The translations under genes were made by a program, and so were the position numbers. 64,000 nt of DNA from Pelagomonas calceolata (lineage: Eukaryota). This document shows positions 1-10,083 of this stretch, one piece after another (the first letter of the stretch is position 1; every line of letters starts with the position of its first letter). Below the pieces are notes generated by a model, which saw only the letters and a program-made list of their open reading frames with translations, was not told the origin of the DNA and ran no database searches. The DNA lies in assembly GCA_918797485.1 (NCBI GenBank), contig CAKKNE010000005.1:744001-808000 (forward strand). Reading direction: 5' to 3'.

Positions 1-668
1 TTCTGGACCTCGAAGACGGCTACAAGTCGCTCGTGCCGAAGACCAAGGCCTTCGCGTCGTACGCCTTCACTCAATATCCATCGGCGTCCTACGTCATGCT
101 CTGCGACGACGACGTCCTCGTGGACGTTGAAAGATTATTGGAGGCGATGACCACGGGCTCGCTCCCTTCGCGTCGCTTCTACGCGGGCCAGGTCTGGGCC
201 GAGCACTTCCGGAAGCCGACGCTGCCGCAACGGTCGACGACGCATCGGAACTATTTGCCGGAAGCCGTGTACCCCATGTCCCAATTACCACCATTTGCCA
301 TCGGGCCTCACTATTTATTGTCGATGGACTGTGCTGAATTTATCCATAAAAACAAAGATGATCTAGCGGGCGTGGGCACGCTGGAAGACGTCTCCGTGGC
401 GCTGTGGTTGCTCGCCTTGCAGGTGCATCCGCAACATAGTGAACAGTTCACCAATGCCCGTTTGTTCGGCTGCGAGGCCTATTCCGTCTCCATCGCCGAC
501 CTTACGTCGAGGGGCATCCGGGCGATCCACGCGAACCGAAAGAACGGGCGCGATGCGTGCGAGGGCTACGAGGAGCTCGCGTGGGTCAAGACGCCGCGGT
601 TCAAGCTGCAGACGCCGGACGCTCTTTATGCGGTGCCTGTGGGGGCGGATGGTCTCGCGCCGGATTAA
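1..668 (+). CDS. Glycosyltransferase family 31 (beta-1,3-galactosyltransferase-like), 5' truncated by the window edge
   Basis: Frame is open from the window start (LDLEDGYKSLVPKT). Contains the DxD-type motif LCDDDVLVD, YP..PPFA.GP.Y and LEDVSVALW, typical of Galactosyl_T. Confidence 0.8.
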   Translation, partial: LDLEDGYKSLVPKTKAFASYAFTQYPSASYVMLCDDDVLVDVERLLEAMTTGSLPSRRFYAGQVWAEHFRKPTLPQRSTTHRNYLPEAVYPMSQLPPFAIGPHYLLSMDCAEFIHKNKDDLAGVGTLEDVSVALWLLALQVHPQHSEQFTNARLFGCEAYSVSIADLTSRGIRAIHANRKNGRDACEGYEELAWVKTPRFKLQTPDALYAVPVGADGLAPD

Positions 669-776
669 TAAGGTTGTTTATGATACTGAGGGGTCCTACT
701 GAACGAACGGGTTTTACACTGAATTTTTACATTTTACGAGCAAGATACCCGCCAGGCCTCACGAATCGACCGGGAA

Positions 777-2036
777 ATGTACCTCCTCACGACCTGTGCT
801 TCCTGCGCGGCGCCTCTGGGCTCCAAAAGAGCCAAGCAATGCAGTAGATGCAAGACTCGCTACTGCAGCGCGACTTGTCAGCGGGACCACTGGGCGCGCG
901 GCCATCAATCTCTCTGTAAGAAGATAAAAAAAGCAGGCGACGCGGAAACGTATCACGCCAACGAAAAATATAAGGTGGCCGTCGCGGTCGCGGTCGCGGC
1001 GTGCGCGGAGGACACTAAAGGCCAGACGTGCTACATCTGCAAGGAGGCCATCCAAAGGGTTAACGAGGAGGGCCTCGTGAGCGGGCATTGTGCGTGCCGT
1101 GGACCGGCGGGCTTTGTGCATGTGGGGTGTTTGGTGCATCAGTCGGTCACTTTGATTCATGATGAGGCAATGGATAAATCGGTAGCCGCAACAAAGAATG
1201 CGGCTTACAGAAAGCTTGGCCCCAAGTGGAGGCGGCTGTGGTTCAACTGCCCAAGGTGCAAGGGAGAATACTGCGGCGACGTGCAAATCGCTCTCGGATG
1301 GTCGTGTTGGTGTAGCCACCGCTTAAATCAGAGGGATGAGATGGTGAATCAAGAAGCCTATTCTATCTTTGCTCGGATATCGGTGCGAGCACTCGCGTTG
1401 CGCTTGTTCGCAAAGAAACACTTCGAGGAAGCACGCGCGTTGTATTTGGCATTGCTCAACTCGGTCCCCCCAGGTACTCTTACGATGGACACCGGTTCTA
1501 CCGAAGCCTCACTTGAAAGGGAAGAGACTATCGGCGATATGGATAAATTGGCAATATGCCACGGAAAACTCGGCCGAGCCGACGATGAGCTCACTGCCAG
1601 AAAATTGGTTCATCATGCGACGAGATCACTTTTCGGCCGGAGGGCCACATACGCTACAGCTATAAAATTAGCTTCGGTACTCCTCGACCAGCATTATGTC
1701 CACGACGCGCTGGAACTTTTGTCTGATATCTGCCCCGACGTCGCGGGGGACCTGGGTTTCGACCACCATCTCACCGTCGAGCTGTTTCATCTCTTATGCC
1801 GTGCCCGCTGGATGCATCACTTTTATGGACGTGAAGGCTACCGCGACGATCTTCGAGAGGCGGTGACCGAGCTGTTGGGTTTGCTCGGGTTAAATCTGAC
1901 CTGGGAAGTGTCCCAGCCAATCCGGAATACGCTACGTCTAGCGCTGACGCATCAGCTCGATTGGAGCTTAGAGGATCTCAATCTCGACCCTTCCGAGCTT
2001 GAGGCAATAATCTCCGCCGGTCTCTTCCGAGGCTAG
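777..2036 (+). CDS. MYND zinc finger + RING-variant protein with helical/TPR-like C-terminus
   Basis: CASC...CSRCKTRYCSATCQRDHW..H...C (MYND), then CYIC...CACRG..GFVHVGCL...CPRC (RINGv); 419-aa ORF. Confidence 0.8.
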   Translation: MYLLTTCASCAAPLGSKRAKQCSRCKTRYCSATCQRDHWARGHQSLCKKIKKAGDAETYHANEKYKVAVAVAVAACAEDTKGQTCYICKEAIQRVNEEGLVSGHCACRGPAGFVHVGCLVHQSVTLIHDEAMDKSVAATKNAAYRKLGPKWRRLWFNCPRCKGEYCGDVQIALGWSCWCSHRLNQRDEMVNQEAYSIFARISVRALALRLFAKKHFEEARALYLALLNSVPPGTLTMDTGSTEASLEREETIGDMDKLAICHGKLGRADDELTARKLVHHATRSLFGRRATYATAIKLASVLLDQHYVHDALELLSDICPDVAGDLGFDHHLTVELFHLLCRARWMHHFYGREGYRDDLREAVTELLGLLGLNLTWEVSQPIRNTLRLALTHQLDWSLEDLNLDPSELEAIISAGLFRG

Positions 2037-2109
2037 ATCGGAAATTCCGGAGAGCCCCCGAGCGCGGCGCCCGGGCCAGCACCTAATATTTAACTTAACA
2101 CATAGACCA

Positions 2110-2973
2110 CTAGGGGTCAACCGCGCGCGCGACGGGCGGGATCTTCCACGCGCGCTTGATGTCGTTCGTGCTTCGCATCGCCTTCTGGTCATCAGCCGAT
2201 AATGAAGAGGCGCAGAGCATGATGAACAACCGGCCGCCGGTCTTCGGCCCGGCGGACGCGGCTCCCCGATGATAGAGGAAGGGGTCGTAGACCATGCAGG
2301 ACGTCTGCACGGCCGTCATCGCGCCCGACTGCTGGAGGTGCTGAATCATCGCGGCCGCTTTCGGAGCGCGCTTTGACGAGTAGCGGTTCCGCGCGACGTA
2401 ACTTGATAATTCATCATCGCCGGCGTGCGTGCCCCTTATGACCTCGGTGCCGAGCGGCGAGCCGTCCAGCGAGATGGCAACCACAATTGCTTTTTTGGCG
2501 CCGAGCTGGTGGTCGCGATGAATTTCTTGAGGGGGGCACGCCTTCGATACCACTATATCTTGGACGCCCTGGACGCGCAGATCATCTCCCACGTAGTCGT
2601 GGAGGAACGGCGACCGCTCGATCAACGCGACGACGGCGTGGCGCAGCGCGGGCGTCGCCGGCAGGTTCCGTCCCCTCCTATCGTTCTGGAGGACACTCGC
2701 GTTGTCGTCGTCCGCCGCGTCGGCGAGCGCGGCGCGCAGCGCGTCTACGGTCGAAGCGTCGGATTGAATAGGGCAGTAGCCGTGCGTCTCGAGGTGGCGG
2801 ACGACGTCGGTCGTCGGCACAGCGGCCGGGTCGGGCGCGGCCGGCGGCGGACCGATCGTCGCCATCGTCTTGCGTAGCGCGTCGTCGTCGACGCGCGCCT
2901 TCTTGCAGGGGTTGGCGTTCTCGTCCGACGCGGCTGCCACGGCGGCGCCGTCGCGCGGGCGGCGTGCCGCCAT
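2110..2973 (-). CDS. Putative 2OG-Fe(II) dioxygenase, PhyH-like
   Basis: HxD motif (QEIHRDH), GTEVIRGTH and a distal His (LYHRGAA..R). Confidence 0.6.
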   Translation of the reverse strand: MAARRPRDGAAVAAASDENANPCKKARVDDDALRKTMATIGPPPAAPDPAAVPTTDVVRHLETHGYCPIQSDASTVDALRAALADAADDDNASVLQNDRRGRNLPATPALRHAVVALIERSPFLHDYVGDDLRVQGVQDIVVSKACPPQEIHRDHQLGAKKAIVVAISLDGSPLGTEVIRGTHAGDDELSSYVARNRYSSKRAPKAAAMIQHLQQSGAMTAVQTSCMVYDPFLYHRGAASAGPKTGGRLFIMLCASSLSADDQKAMRSTNDIKRAWKIPPVARAVDP

Positions 2974-3440
2974 GGTTTCGCACCCTCTGCGGTGTGTGTG
3001 CTGCGGTGCAGCCTACTGCGGCGATTTCCAGCCGCGCGCGCGTGCACACGGGTAAAAACACGCACGTATAGTAGCACTGGCGTGTCTGTGTCCACAGATA
3101 AAGGTTCTGCGCACCGCTATTTTGAAATCTGAGGCTGCTGGCCCGCCGAGACACCAAACCCAATTTGGGCGGCATAGATGGAAATTCTTGCTCGGAGGGC
3201 TCCAAAGAGGTCTCCAAAAGCGTCTGGTGGTCCGACGCATCCTTTCGCCTAAAAAAAATCATGGCCTTGGCCTCTCACAGCTGGAGCGAGCGTCGATTTG
3301 CGGACGCGCTATCCGCTCGCGCACCAGCTCTGCGGCAGGACAAGAGCCACAGTTGCACGCCAGCAACAACTCTACGCCAGCGCCGCGCGAGACCAGAGCT
3401 CTAGTCGCCCAGACACTGCAAGCAAAGCAAGCAAGCAGCC

Positions 3441-6400
3441 ATGGCGTCGCAGCTCGAAGCCAAGACGAAAGCCATGAAAATAGGAGAGCGCATCCCCAAT
3501 ACGCCTGAGGGCTGGCCCCAGGCCAAGATCCGCAGCACCTTCGTCGAGTACTTTCAACGGCACGCGCACACGCACTGGCCCTCGTCGTCCGTCGTGCCCC
3601 ACGACGACCCCACGTTACTGTTTGCCAATGCCGGGATGAACCAGTACAAAAGCATCTTCCTCGGTATGTCTTACCAGCGTTGTTTATATATATGAAAAGC
3701 CGGCTGATTACACACCTTTCAACCCTTATCTACTCTGACTCCTGAACGAACTTAATATGAGATTTCTGCCTGACGGTTCTTCTCTCTACACACAATACCA
3801 CAATACAATAACATAGATAACATATACATATAGGTACCATCGACCCCAAGACCAAAATGGCCTCGCTGAAACGAGCCTGCAACTCCCAGAAATGTATAAG
3901 AGCCGGAGGCAAGCACAACGACTTGGACGACGTAGGAAAAGATTTATATCATCACACCTTCTTCGAGATGCTCGGGAACTGGAGCTTTGGCGACTACTTT
4001 AAGGAGGAGGCCATCCGCATGGCCTGGGAGTGCCTGACGGTGGAATTTCAATTGGATCCCGAGCGACTCTATGTCACTTACTTCGGCGGCGACGATTTGA
4101 AAGCACCGGGCGTGCCCCCAGATGAAGAAACGAAAAGGATCTGGCTGAAGTACGTCCCTGCTTCGAGGATTTTACCGTTCGACGCGGGCGACAACTTCTG
4201 GGAGATGGGCGACGTCGGGCCGTGCGGGCCCTGCACCGAAATTCATTATGATAGGATTGGCGGGAGAGATGCCGCTTCTTTGGTGAACATGGACGATCCC
4301 GACGCGCGGAGCGGCGTCCTTTTGACGCGTCGACGGCGTCGCGCGCCACGCCATCGCCGCGACACGCGTCACAAAACGCAGGTCCTCGAGATCTGGAACA
4401 ACGTCTTTATCCAGTACAACCGCGACCGGCACGGCCTGAAGACGCTGCCGGCGCAGCACGTCGACACGGGCATGGGGTTTGAAAGATTAGCCTCTATTTT
4501 ACAAGGCAAGATGTCGAATTACGACACCGACGTATTTACGCCCCTATTTGACGAGATCCAGAAGGTCTCCGGGCAGTCGAAACCGTATACCGGTAAAATT
4601 GGAGAGGAAGACAAGGGTACGATCGACATGGCCTACCGAGTCGTCGCGGACCACGTGCGGACTTTGAGTTTTGCCATCGCCGACGGCGCGGTGCCCGACG
4701 CCCTTGGGCGAGGCTACGTGTTGAGAAGAGTGCTGAGGCGAGCCGTGTGGTACGGCCAGCACTTCCTGGGCGCGCCGAAGGGCTTTGTGTTCAAGATCGT
4801 GCCGAGGCTCTGTGAGGTACTAGGTGATGCCTTTCCGGAGTTAAGACGAGCTCAGTCGACGATCATGGCCGTGCTGGAAGGGGAGGAAAGAGATTTCAAC
4901 CGTACTATAGACAAAGGAGCTCGGTTCTTCCAGAAGCGAGTATCGACTTTAGGTAAAGGTGAGCCGTTTCCGGGCAAGGACGCGTTCCACCTGTCCGGTT
5001 CCCTAGGCTTTCCTTTAGATCTCACGGAGATCATGGCCGAAGAAATAGGCCTGAAAGTTGATACAGAGGGCTACCACGCTGCATTGAAGGAAGAACAGGA
5101 TCGAAACGCGGCCGCGGTCGCGAAAAGAAAGGCGGCTCGCAGCGCGGGCGCGGACATGACTTTTGCGGCGGAGCAGACGTCGGCCATTGCGCATTTGGCG
5201 AAGACCGATGATGCCGCGAAGTACGTCTGGAACGAGCGGCCGGATGCGCGCATCGTGGCACTATTTGTGGGAAGAGGAGGAGGGCCGAAGGGCGACGGGT
5301 TCGTGGATTCAGTAGATGCCTCATGTCAAGTCGCTGGAGCTGTACTAGACGCTACGAGCTTCTACGCCGAGATGGGCGGGCAGACGTTCGACACGGGAAC
5401 TCTGTTGATAGACGATGCGTCAGTCCTGCAAGTAGATGATGTGCAGGTCTACGCTGGTTATATCGTGCACGTGGGGGCGCCCTCCACCACTTTACGAGTA
5501 GGAGATTCAGTGCAATGCGCCGTGGACTACGACCGGAGGCAGCGCGTCGCTCCTAATCATACTATGACCCATGTCCTCAACTTCGCTTTACGGGAGGTGC
5601 TGTTGGGTGGGTTGGAGGGGGCCAAGGAGGACCACAAGAAGACGGGGGTCGATAGGTGCGTCCAGAGGGGTTCGCACGTCGACGACGAGCGGTTACGTTT
5701 CGACGTGGCGTGGGACGCGCCTTTGACGCAAGAACAATTGAGTCAAGTAGAGAAGATCTGCGCCGATATCGTCGATAATGCTTTGTCTGTGGATGCGGTC
5801 GAGACGCCGTTGGACAAGGCCATGGACGTGGAAGCTCTGAGAGCGATGAAGGGCGAGGCCTACCCGGACCCGGTCCGCGTCGTCGCGATTGGTGGGAGCG
5901 TGCAGAAGATCACGTCTTCGCCTTCCTCAAAGGACTGGTCTTCGTTATCTGTCGAGTTGTGTGGTGGTACTCACTTACGTAATACGAAGGACGCGGTCGG
6001 GTTCGCTTTGCTGGAAGAGCAGGGCATCGCGAAGGGTGTCCGGAGGTTGGTCGCTTGTACTCGTGAAAAGGCGGCGTCCGCGCACGCCTGCGCTAGAGAT
6101 TTCAGAGAAAGGATCGTGGCTTTCGAAAGTATGCCCTTGGATACATCAGAAGCGTTCGCGAAGGCCGAGGAGACCCTCAAGCTGCTGAAGGTCGAGGTCA
6201 ACGCGGCCGTCATGCCGCAACATCAAAAAATGTTCTGTCGCGAGGCGCTCAATTCGCATTCGTCAGGACCCATGAAAGCCGCAAGGAAGAAGGCCGAGAA
6301 GGCCCAAGCTGATGCGGCCTCTGGAGCTTTTGAAGCATTGGCATCCTCCAACACTGATGGAGCGGTGGCGGCGCGCGTGGACTTTGGGTGCGACGCGAAG

Positions 6401-6679
6401 TTGTGGCAGAAGCTCCAGAAGTCGATCCTGGCGAAGAAGGCTCCTGGTGGCTCTTTCTTGGTGTGCTCGTCTGGCTCAGGCAAGGTCGGCGTCTACGCGT
6501 GCGTGGCCAAGGGCCACTCCATCGACGCGCGGGAGTGGTGCGCGGCGGCCGCCGACGCCATCGGCGGGGGCAAGGGCGGCGGCAAGGAGAAGGCCGCGAA
6601 CATGGTCGTCCTCGGCGGCGGCGACGTCGACGCGGCGGTCGCCGCGGCCCAGGCGTTCGCGAAGGGGAAGGGGCTCTAG
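3441..6679 (+). CDS. AARS: Alanyl-tRNA synthetase; exons 3441-3663, 3834-4303, 4382-6679
   Basis: Motifs [42 protein letters not shown], editing NHTMTH/ELCGGTH and C-terminal GGGKGGG. Splicing restores IFLG|TIDP and MDDPD|VLEIWN. Confidence 0.97.
3664..3833 (+). other. AT-rich GT-AG intron 1 of AlaRS (170 nt)
   Basis: G|GTATGT...ATAG|G joins the two ORF pieces in frame. Confidence 0.9.
3697..3779 (+). ncRNA. Candidate intronic box C/D snoRNA
   Basis: Terminal stem AGCCG/CGGTT, C-like TGATTA, internal CTGA (D'), TGAGA (C'-like) and terminal D box CTGA at 3770-3773; about 80 nt. The C box is non-consensus. Confidence 0.3.
4304..4381 (+). other. GC-AG intron 2 of AlaRS (78 nt, in frame, stop-free)
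   Basis: A 26-aa Arg-rich insert interrupts the conserved DDPD-VLEIWN. Ends ACGCAG; internal inverted repeat TTTTGACGCGT...ACGCGTCACAAAA. Confidence 0.85.
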
Positions 6680-6692
6680 ACATAAACATACC

Positions 6693-7037
6693 TTACCAGA
6701 AGACCCGCATCCGCGAGGCCACGGGCTCGCGGCAGACGGGGCAGTGCGCGTACTTCGCCGCGCAGGCGCCGCAGAGGATGTGACCGCAGGGCACGAGGGC
6801 CGTCGACTTCTCCGGCTCGAAGCAGATAGGACACTCGTCCCGGTCGGGCGTCCCGGGCGCCGCGGCTGGCGTTGGCGCGGCCGCCGCCGGCGCGGCGGGC
6901 GGTCGTCTACGGCAGACATCGTCCCCTCGGCGGCTCGTGTCGGCCCAGTCCTCTGGCGGTTTCAGGGTCGCGCAGGCAGATGTGACACTTATGGAGCCGT
7001 GCGGATAATATCTCGCCGTGCTCGTTTGCTCTACCGC
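6693..7037 (-). pseudogene. ATG-less RING-finger reading frame paralogous to the C-terminus of the adjacent gene (fragment or alternative exon)
   Basis: Manual translation gives ...RDECPICFEPEKSTALVPCGHILCGACAAKYAHCPVCREPVASRMRVFW*. There is no Met between the upstream stop (7038-7040) and the RING. Confidence 0.6.
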
Positions 7038-7186
7038 TTACCGCTGCGCAGATTACTCAAAATGCACGCCAGGTAAAACCCGTTTTAATCCTGAGACGCG
7101 TAGCGCGCACGCGCGCCGCGCGCGCGCGGAGGTCGAGGCGCTGCTTCTGAGCAGCCCGCGCTATACACCCCCTTCCATCACCATGG

Positions 7187-9772
7187 CTAGTGAAACAGCC
7201 GCAGGCGGCTCGTGACCGCCGCGCGGCAAACGGGGCAAGACTCGTGCGCCGCCGCGCAGGCCCGGCACAGGATGTGGCCGCACGGCACGAGCGCCGTCGA
7301 CCGCTCGGGCTCGAAGCATATAGGACATTCGCGCTCGGGGTCGCTCGCCGCGCGGACCGGCGCCCCCGCCTTGGCCAGTTCGACGCGCTCGCAGATCCGC
7401 CGCGCGTCGGCCGCGTCCACGCCACAGTCCACCAACGAATCAGTATCGAGCAAACAGAGGCTCTCCCAGTCTATCTCCTCGCGCATGAGCACCGGCCCGA
7501 CACTCTCCAAGCCTAGCGAGGCGAGCAGCCGCGCGACAGGTGGGTCGAGGGGCTCGTCGGGCAGGAGGTCCGGGTCGGCGGGCACCGGCGGCCGCGGTGG
7601 AGACGGCGGCGCGTCCGGCACGACGGGCGGCGCGCGCGACACGTCGACGCACTTGAGGCGGTAGTACGCGAGCCGGTCCGCGTAGCGCGCGCGCGCGAGC
7701 GCGTAGCAGACGCGGTCGCCGACGGCTAGGATTGCATTGTCTGGCGGCGCGCTCAGGTCGACGCGCGTGGGCCGGCCCGCGTCCAGGTCATCCGCATGCA
7801 ACAGGAGGTCTTCGGAGCCGTCCTCGCCGCGCAGGAAGTAGCAGCCCCGCCACGCGCCCACGACGACGCCCGTGAAGCGGCCTTCGGGCACGGGCGGCGC
7901 TTCGTCTTTCGGTGCCGAGCGGGCAGCGCCGCAGCGGCGGCACGCGGGCCGCGCCGCGAAGTTGTTCGTCTCGCACGCGGCGCACCACCAGTCGGGCGTG
8001 CCGCCCGGTCCGCGGGCCTCGGTCGCCCGCGACAGGTTGACGGCGCGGCCGGCCTTGACGGCGTGGCGCTCCGGCCGGCCGGAGGGCACGAGCTCGTACT
8101 CGATGCGGTCGCCTTCCTGCGCGTAGCGCTCCTTGAATGAAAGGAAGACGTTCGTGCCGCCCGCGTCCGGTTGTACGAAGCAGTAGCCCTCCGCCTTGTT
8201 GACGTTAATGACCGTGCCGCGGCGGCGCACCGGCGCGGCGGGCGCCGCGTCCCCGGCCCGGCGCGGGCGCCGGCCGACCGTCTCCCAGGCGTCCTCTTCC
8301 GCGGGCGCCGGCGCCTCGGCGGCGGCCGCGGGCGCCTTGGCGGTCGTCTCCGCCTCCACCGGCGTCTTCCAGGCGTTTGGCTCCGGCGGTGCGTCCGTCG
8401 CCGCGGGCGCGGGCGCCGCGGCCTCCTCCGCGGGCGCCGCCGGCGCCGGCGCCACGGTCGACGTCCCGTCGCCGTCGTCGGGCGCGGGCGCCGCGGCGTC
8501 CTCTTCGAGCGGCGCCGGCGCGGCGCCCGCGTCCGCGGCCGTCTCCCAGTCGTCCGCGACCGCGGGCGCGTCGACGGCCGGCGCCGGCGCCTCGTCTACC
8601 GTGGGTGCCGCGGCCGGCGCCGGCGCCGGTGCCGCGGCCTCCGGCGCGACCGCGTCCAGCGTCGCCGGCGACTGGCTCCGCGAGGCCGCCTTCTTCTTCT
8701 TTTTCTTCTTCTTCTTCTTCGGCGCGTCTGCTGCCTCGGCGTCGAGCTGAGCTAGCAAGTCCGCCTCGGCGGCGCGCGACTGGGCCTCGCGCTCCTTGAG
8801 CTCGGCCGCGGCGTCGCGCTCCCGCTTCGCGAGGGCGGCGATGCGGGTCTCATTAATAATATCGACACGTTGGGCCGTCCGCGCCGCTTTGATTAAACTA
8901 TCAAACATGTCCTGGTCGTAAGCCTCCAAATCTTCCCACGGCACGCTCTCGTACCTCAAGCCCATGTCCGCGGCGTCTTCGCTCGACAGCGAGGGGTAAT
9001 CTAAATCGCCTCCGCTGCAATTTAGCTCATACACACCCCTTGCTATATTTCGAACGTCCTTGTCACCCTCTGTGGCCTCGGCTATGGCGCGGTCCGCGGC
9101 GGCCGAGTGCAGCTCCCGGGTCTCGGCGCCGGTCTTGGCGTCCAGCTTTGCTACCGTTGCTAGATATTTACCTGCCCTTTCGACCTTGAGATCCCACGCC
9201 TTCTGGTCTCCAGTACTATCGATATGCGTGTCGAAGCTATCTTTGACTTCCTTGCTATCGGTCTTCGTCGACGACCACACAGCATGGGCCGCGGCCGCGA
9301 CGACCCGGACCTTCTCGTGCTCGAGCCGCGCCGCGTGCTCGAAGGGCGACTCGGCGGCGCTCTCGTCCGCGGGCCGCGGCGGCGGGCCGAAGGGGACGAC
9401 CTCGCTGCTCGCCTTCTCCGCCTCAACGGCGCGTCGGACCAGCTCGCGCCGCGTGGTTTCTATGTCGGAGACGGCCTCGAGGGCGGCGCGGCGGAAGGCG
9501 CGCGCCATCTTGTCTGTAAATCCAGAGAGCTCGTCGTCCGTCGGTTCGCGGTCGGCGGCCGCCTGTAAAAGCGTGCTGGCCGTGTCTCGGTACACGTCGG
9601 CCTCCTCCGCATCGACCGGACCAAGGTGGGCGTCCGTCGGGTCGTCCCGTTCATATGCGGTCGTGAACCTTGCCGCCTCCTCTTCCGTCGGGTCGCGCCC
9701 GTGCTCTTTGGAAAATGCCCGGCGCACCAGACCACTTGTCAATTCCTTATCCACAGAATGTGTGCCGCCCAT
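7187..9772 (-). CDS. Multidomain protein: coiled coil, cold-shock/OB, RanBP2 zinc finger, second OB-like, SAM, C-terminal RING
   Basis: GTVINVNKAEGYCFVQPDAGGTNVF (CSD); DWWCAACETNNFAARPACRRC (RanBP2); LASLGLE...EEIDWESLCLL (SAM); CPICFE..PCGH..C..C..CPVCR (RING). Likely start MGGTHS. Confidence 0.8.
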   Translation of the reverse strand: MGGTHSVDKELTSGLVRRAFSKEHGRDPTEEEAARFTTAYERDDPTDAHLGPVDAEEADVYRDTASTLLQAAADREPTDDELSGFTDKMARAFRRAALEAVSDIETTRRELVRRAVEAEKASSEVVPFGPPPRPADESAAESPFEHAARLEHEKVRVVAAAAHAVWSSTKTDSKEVKDSFDTHIDSTGDQKAWDLKVERAGKYLATVAKLDAKTGAETRELHSAAADRAIAEATEGDKDVRNIARGVYELNCSGGDLDYPSLSSEDAADMGLRYESVPWEDLEAYDQDMFDSLIKAARTAQRVDIINETRIAALAKRERDAAAELKEREAQSRAAEADLLAQLDAEAADAPKKKKKKKKKKAASRSQSPATLDAVAPEAAAPAPAPAAAPTVDEAPAPAVDAPAVADDWETAADAGAAPAPLEEDAAAPAPDDGDGTSTVAPAPAAPAEEAAAPAPAATDAPPEPNAWKTPVEAETTAKAPAAAAEAPAPAEEDAWETVGRRPRRAGDAAPAAPVRRRGTVINVNKAEGYCFVQPDAGGTNVFLSFKERYAQEGDRIEYELVPSGRPERHAVKAGRAVNLSRATEARGPGGTPDWWCAACETNNFAARPACRRCGAARSAPKDEAPPVPEGRFTGVVVGAWRGCYFLRGEDGSEDLLLHADDLDAGRPTRVDLSAPPDNAILAVGDRVCYALARARYADRLAYYRLKCVDVSRAPPVVPDAPPSPPRPPVPADPDLLPDEPLDPPVARLLASLGLESVGPVLMREEIDWESLCLLDTDSLVDCGVDAADARRICERVELAKAGAPVRAASDPERECPICFEPERSTALVPCGHILCRACAAAHESCPVCRAAVTSRLRLFH

Positions 9773-9982
9773 CTCGCCGCGGCTGCGCTCACGCGCTTGG
9801 GATAAACGCGCGTCTGTAGATGTACCTTGCAAGTCACCTTCCTGTACTCGGCGCCGGCTAGGCCAAAACTCGCAGACGGCGCAACAGGCGCTGCGCGAAG
9901 CCTGTCACAGATCGTTCTGTGTTAACTGGTCGCTGAGGCGCGCGTATGGGCCTTGCGAGAGCCGAGGCCCTTTGTGTGCTTG

Positions 9983-10004
9983 CTAGTGTCTTACAGGCCG
10001 CTAG
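9983..10004 (+). promoter_or_regulatory. CTAG-box, consensus copy, in divergent spacer
   Basis: CTAGTGTCTTACAGGCCGCTAG; identical to 19556-19577 and the reverse complement of 56092-56113. Confidence 0.7.
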
Positions 10005-10083
10005 CTCTTGCAGTACTCGAGCTTGCACCGTGAGGTTGCGCGAGTTGATTCGTTGTGCAGATTGTCTTCGATAACTTCCAGCA

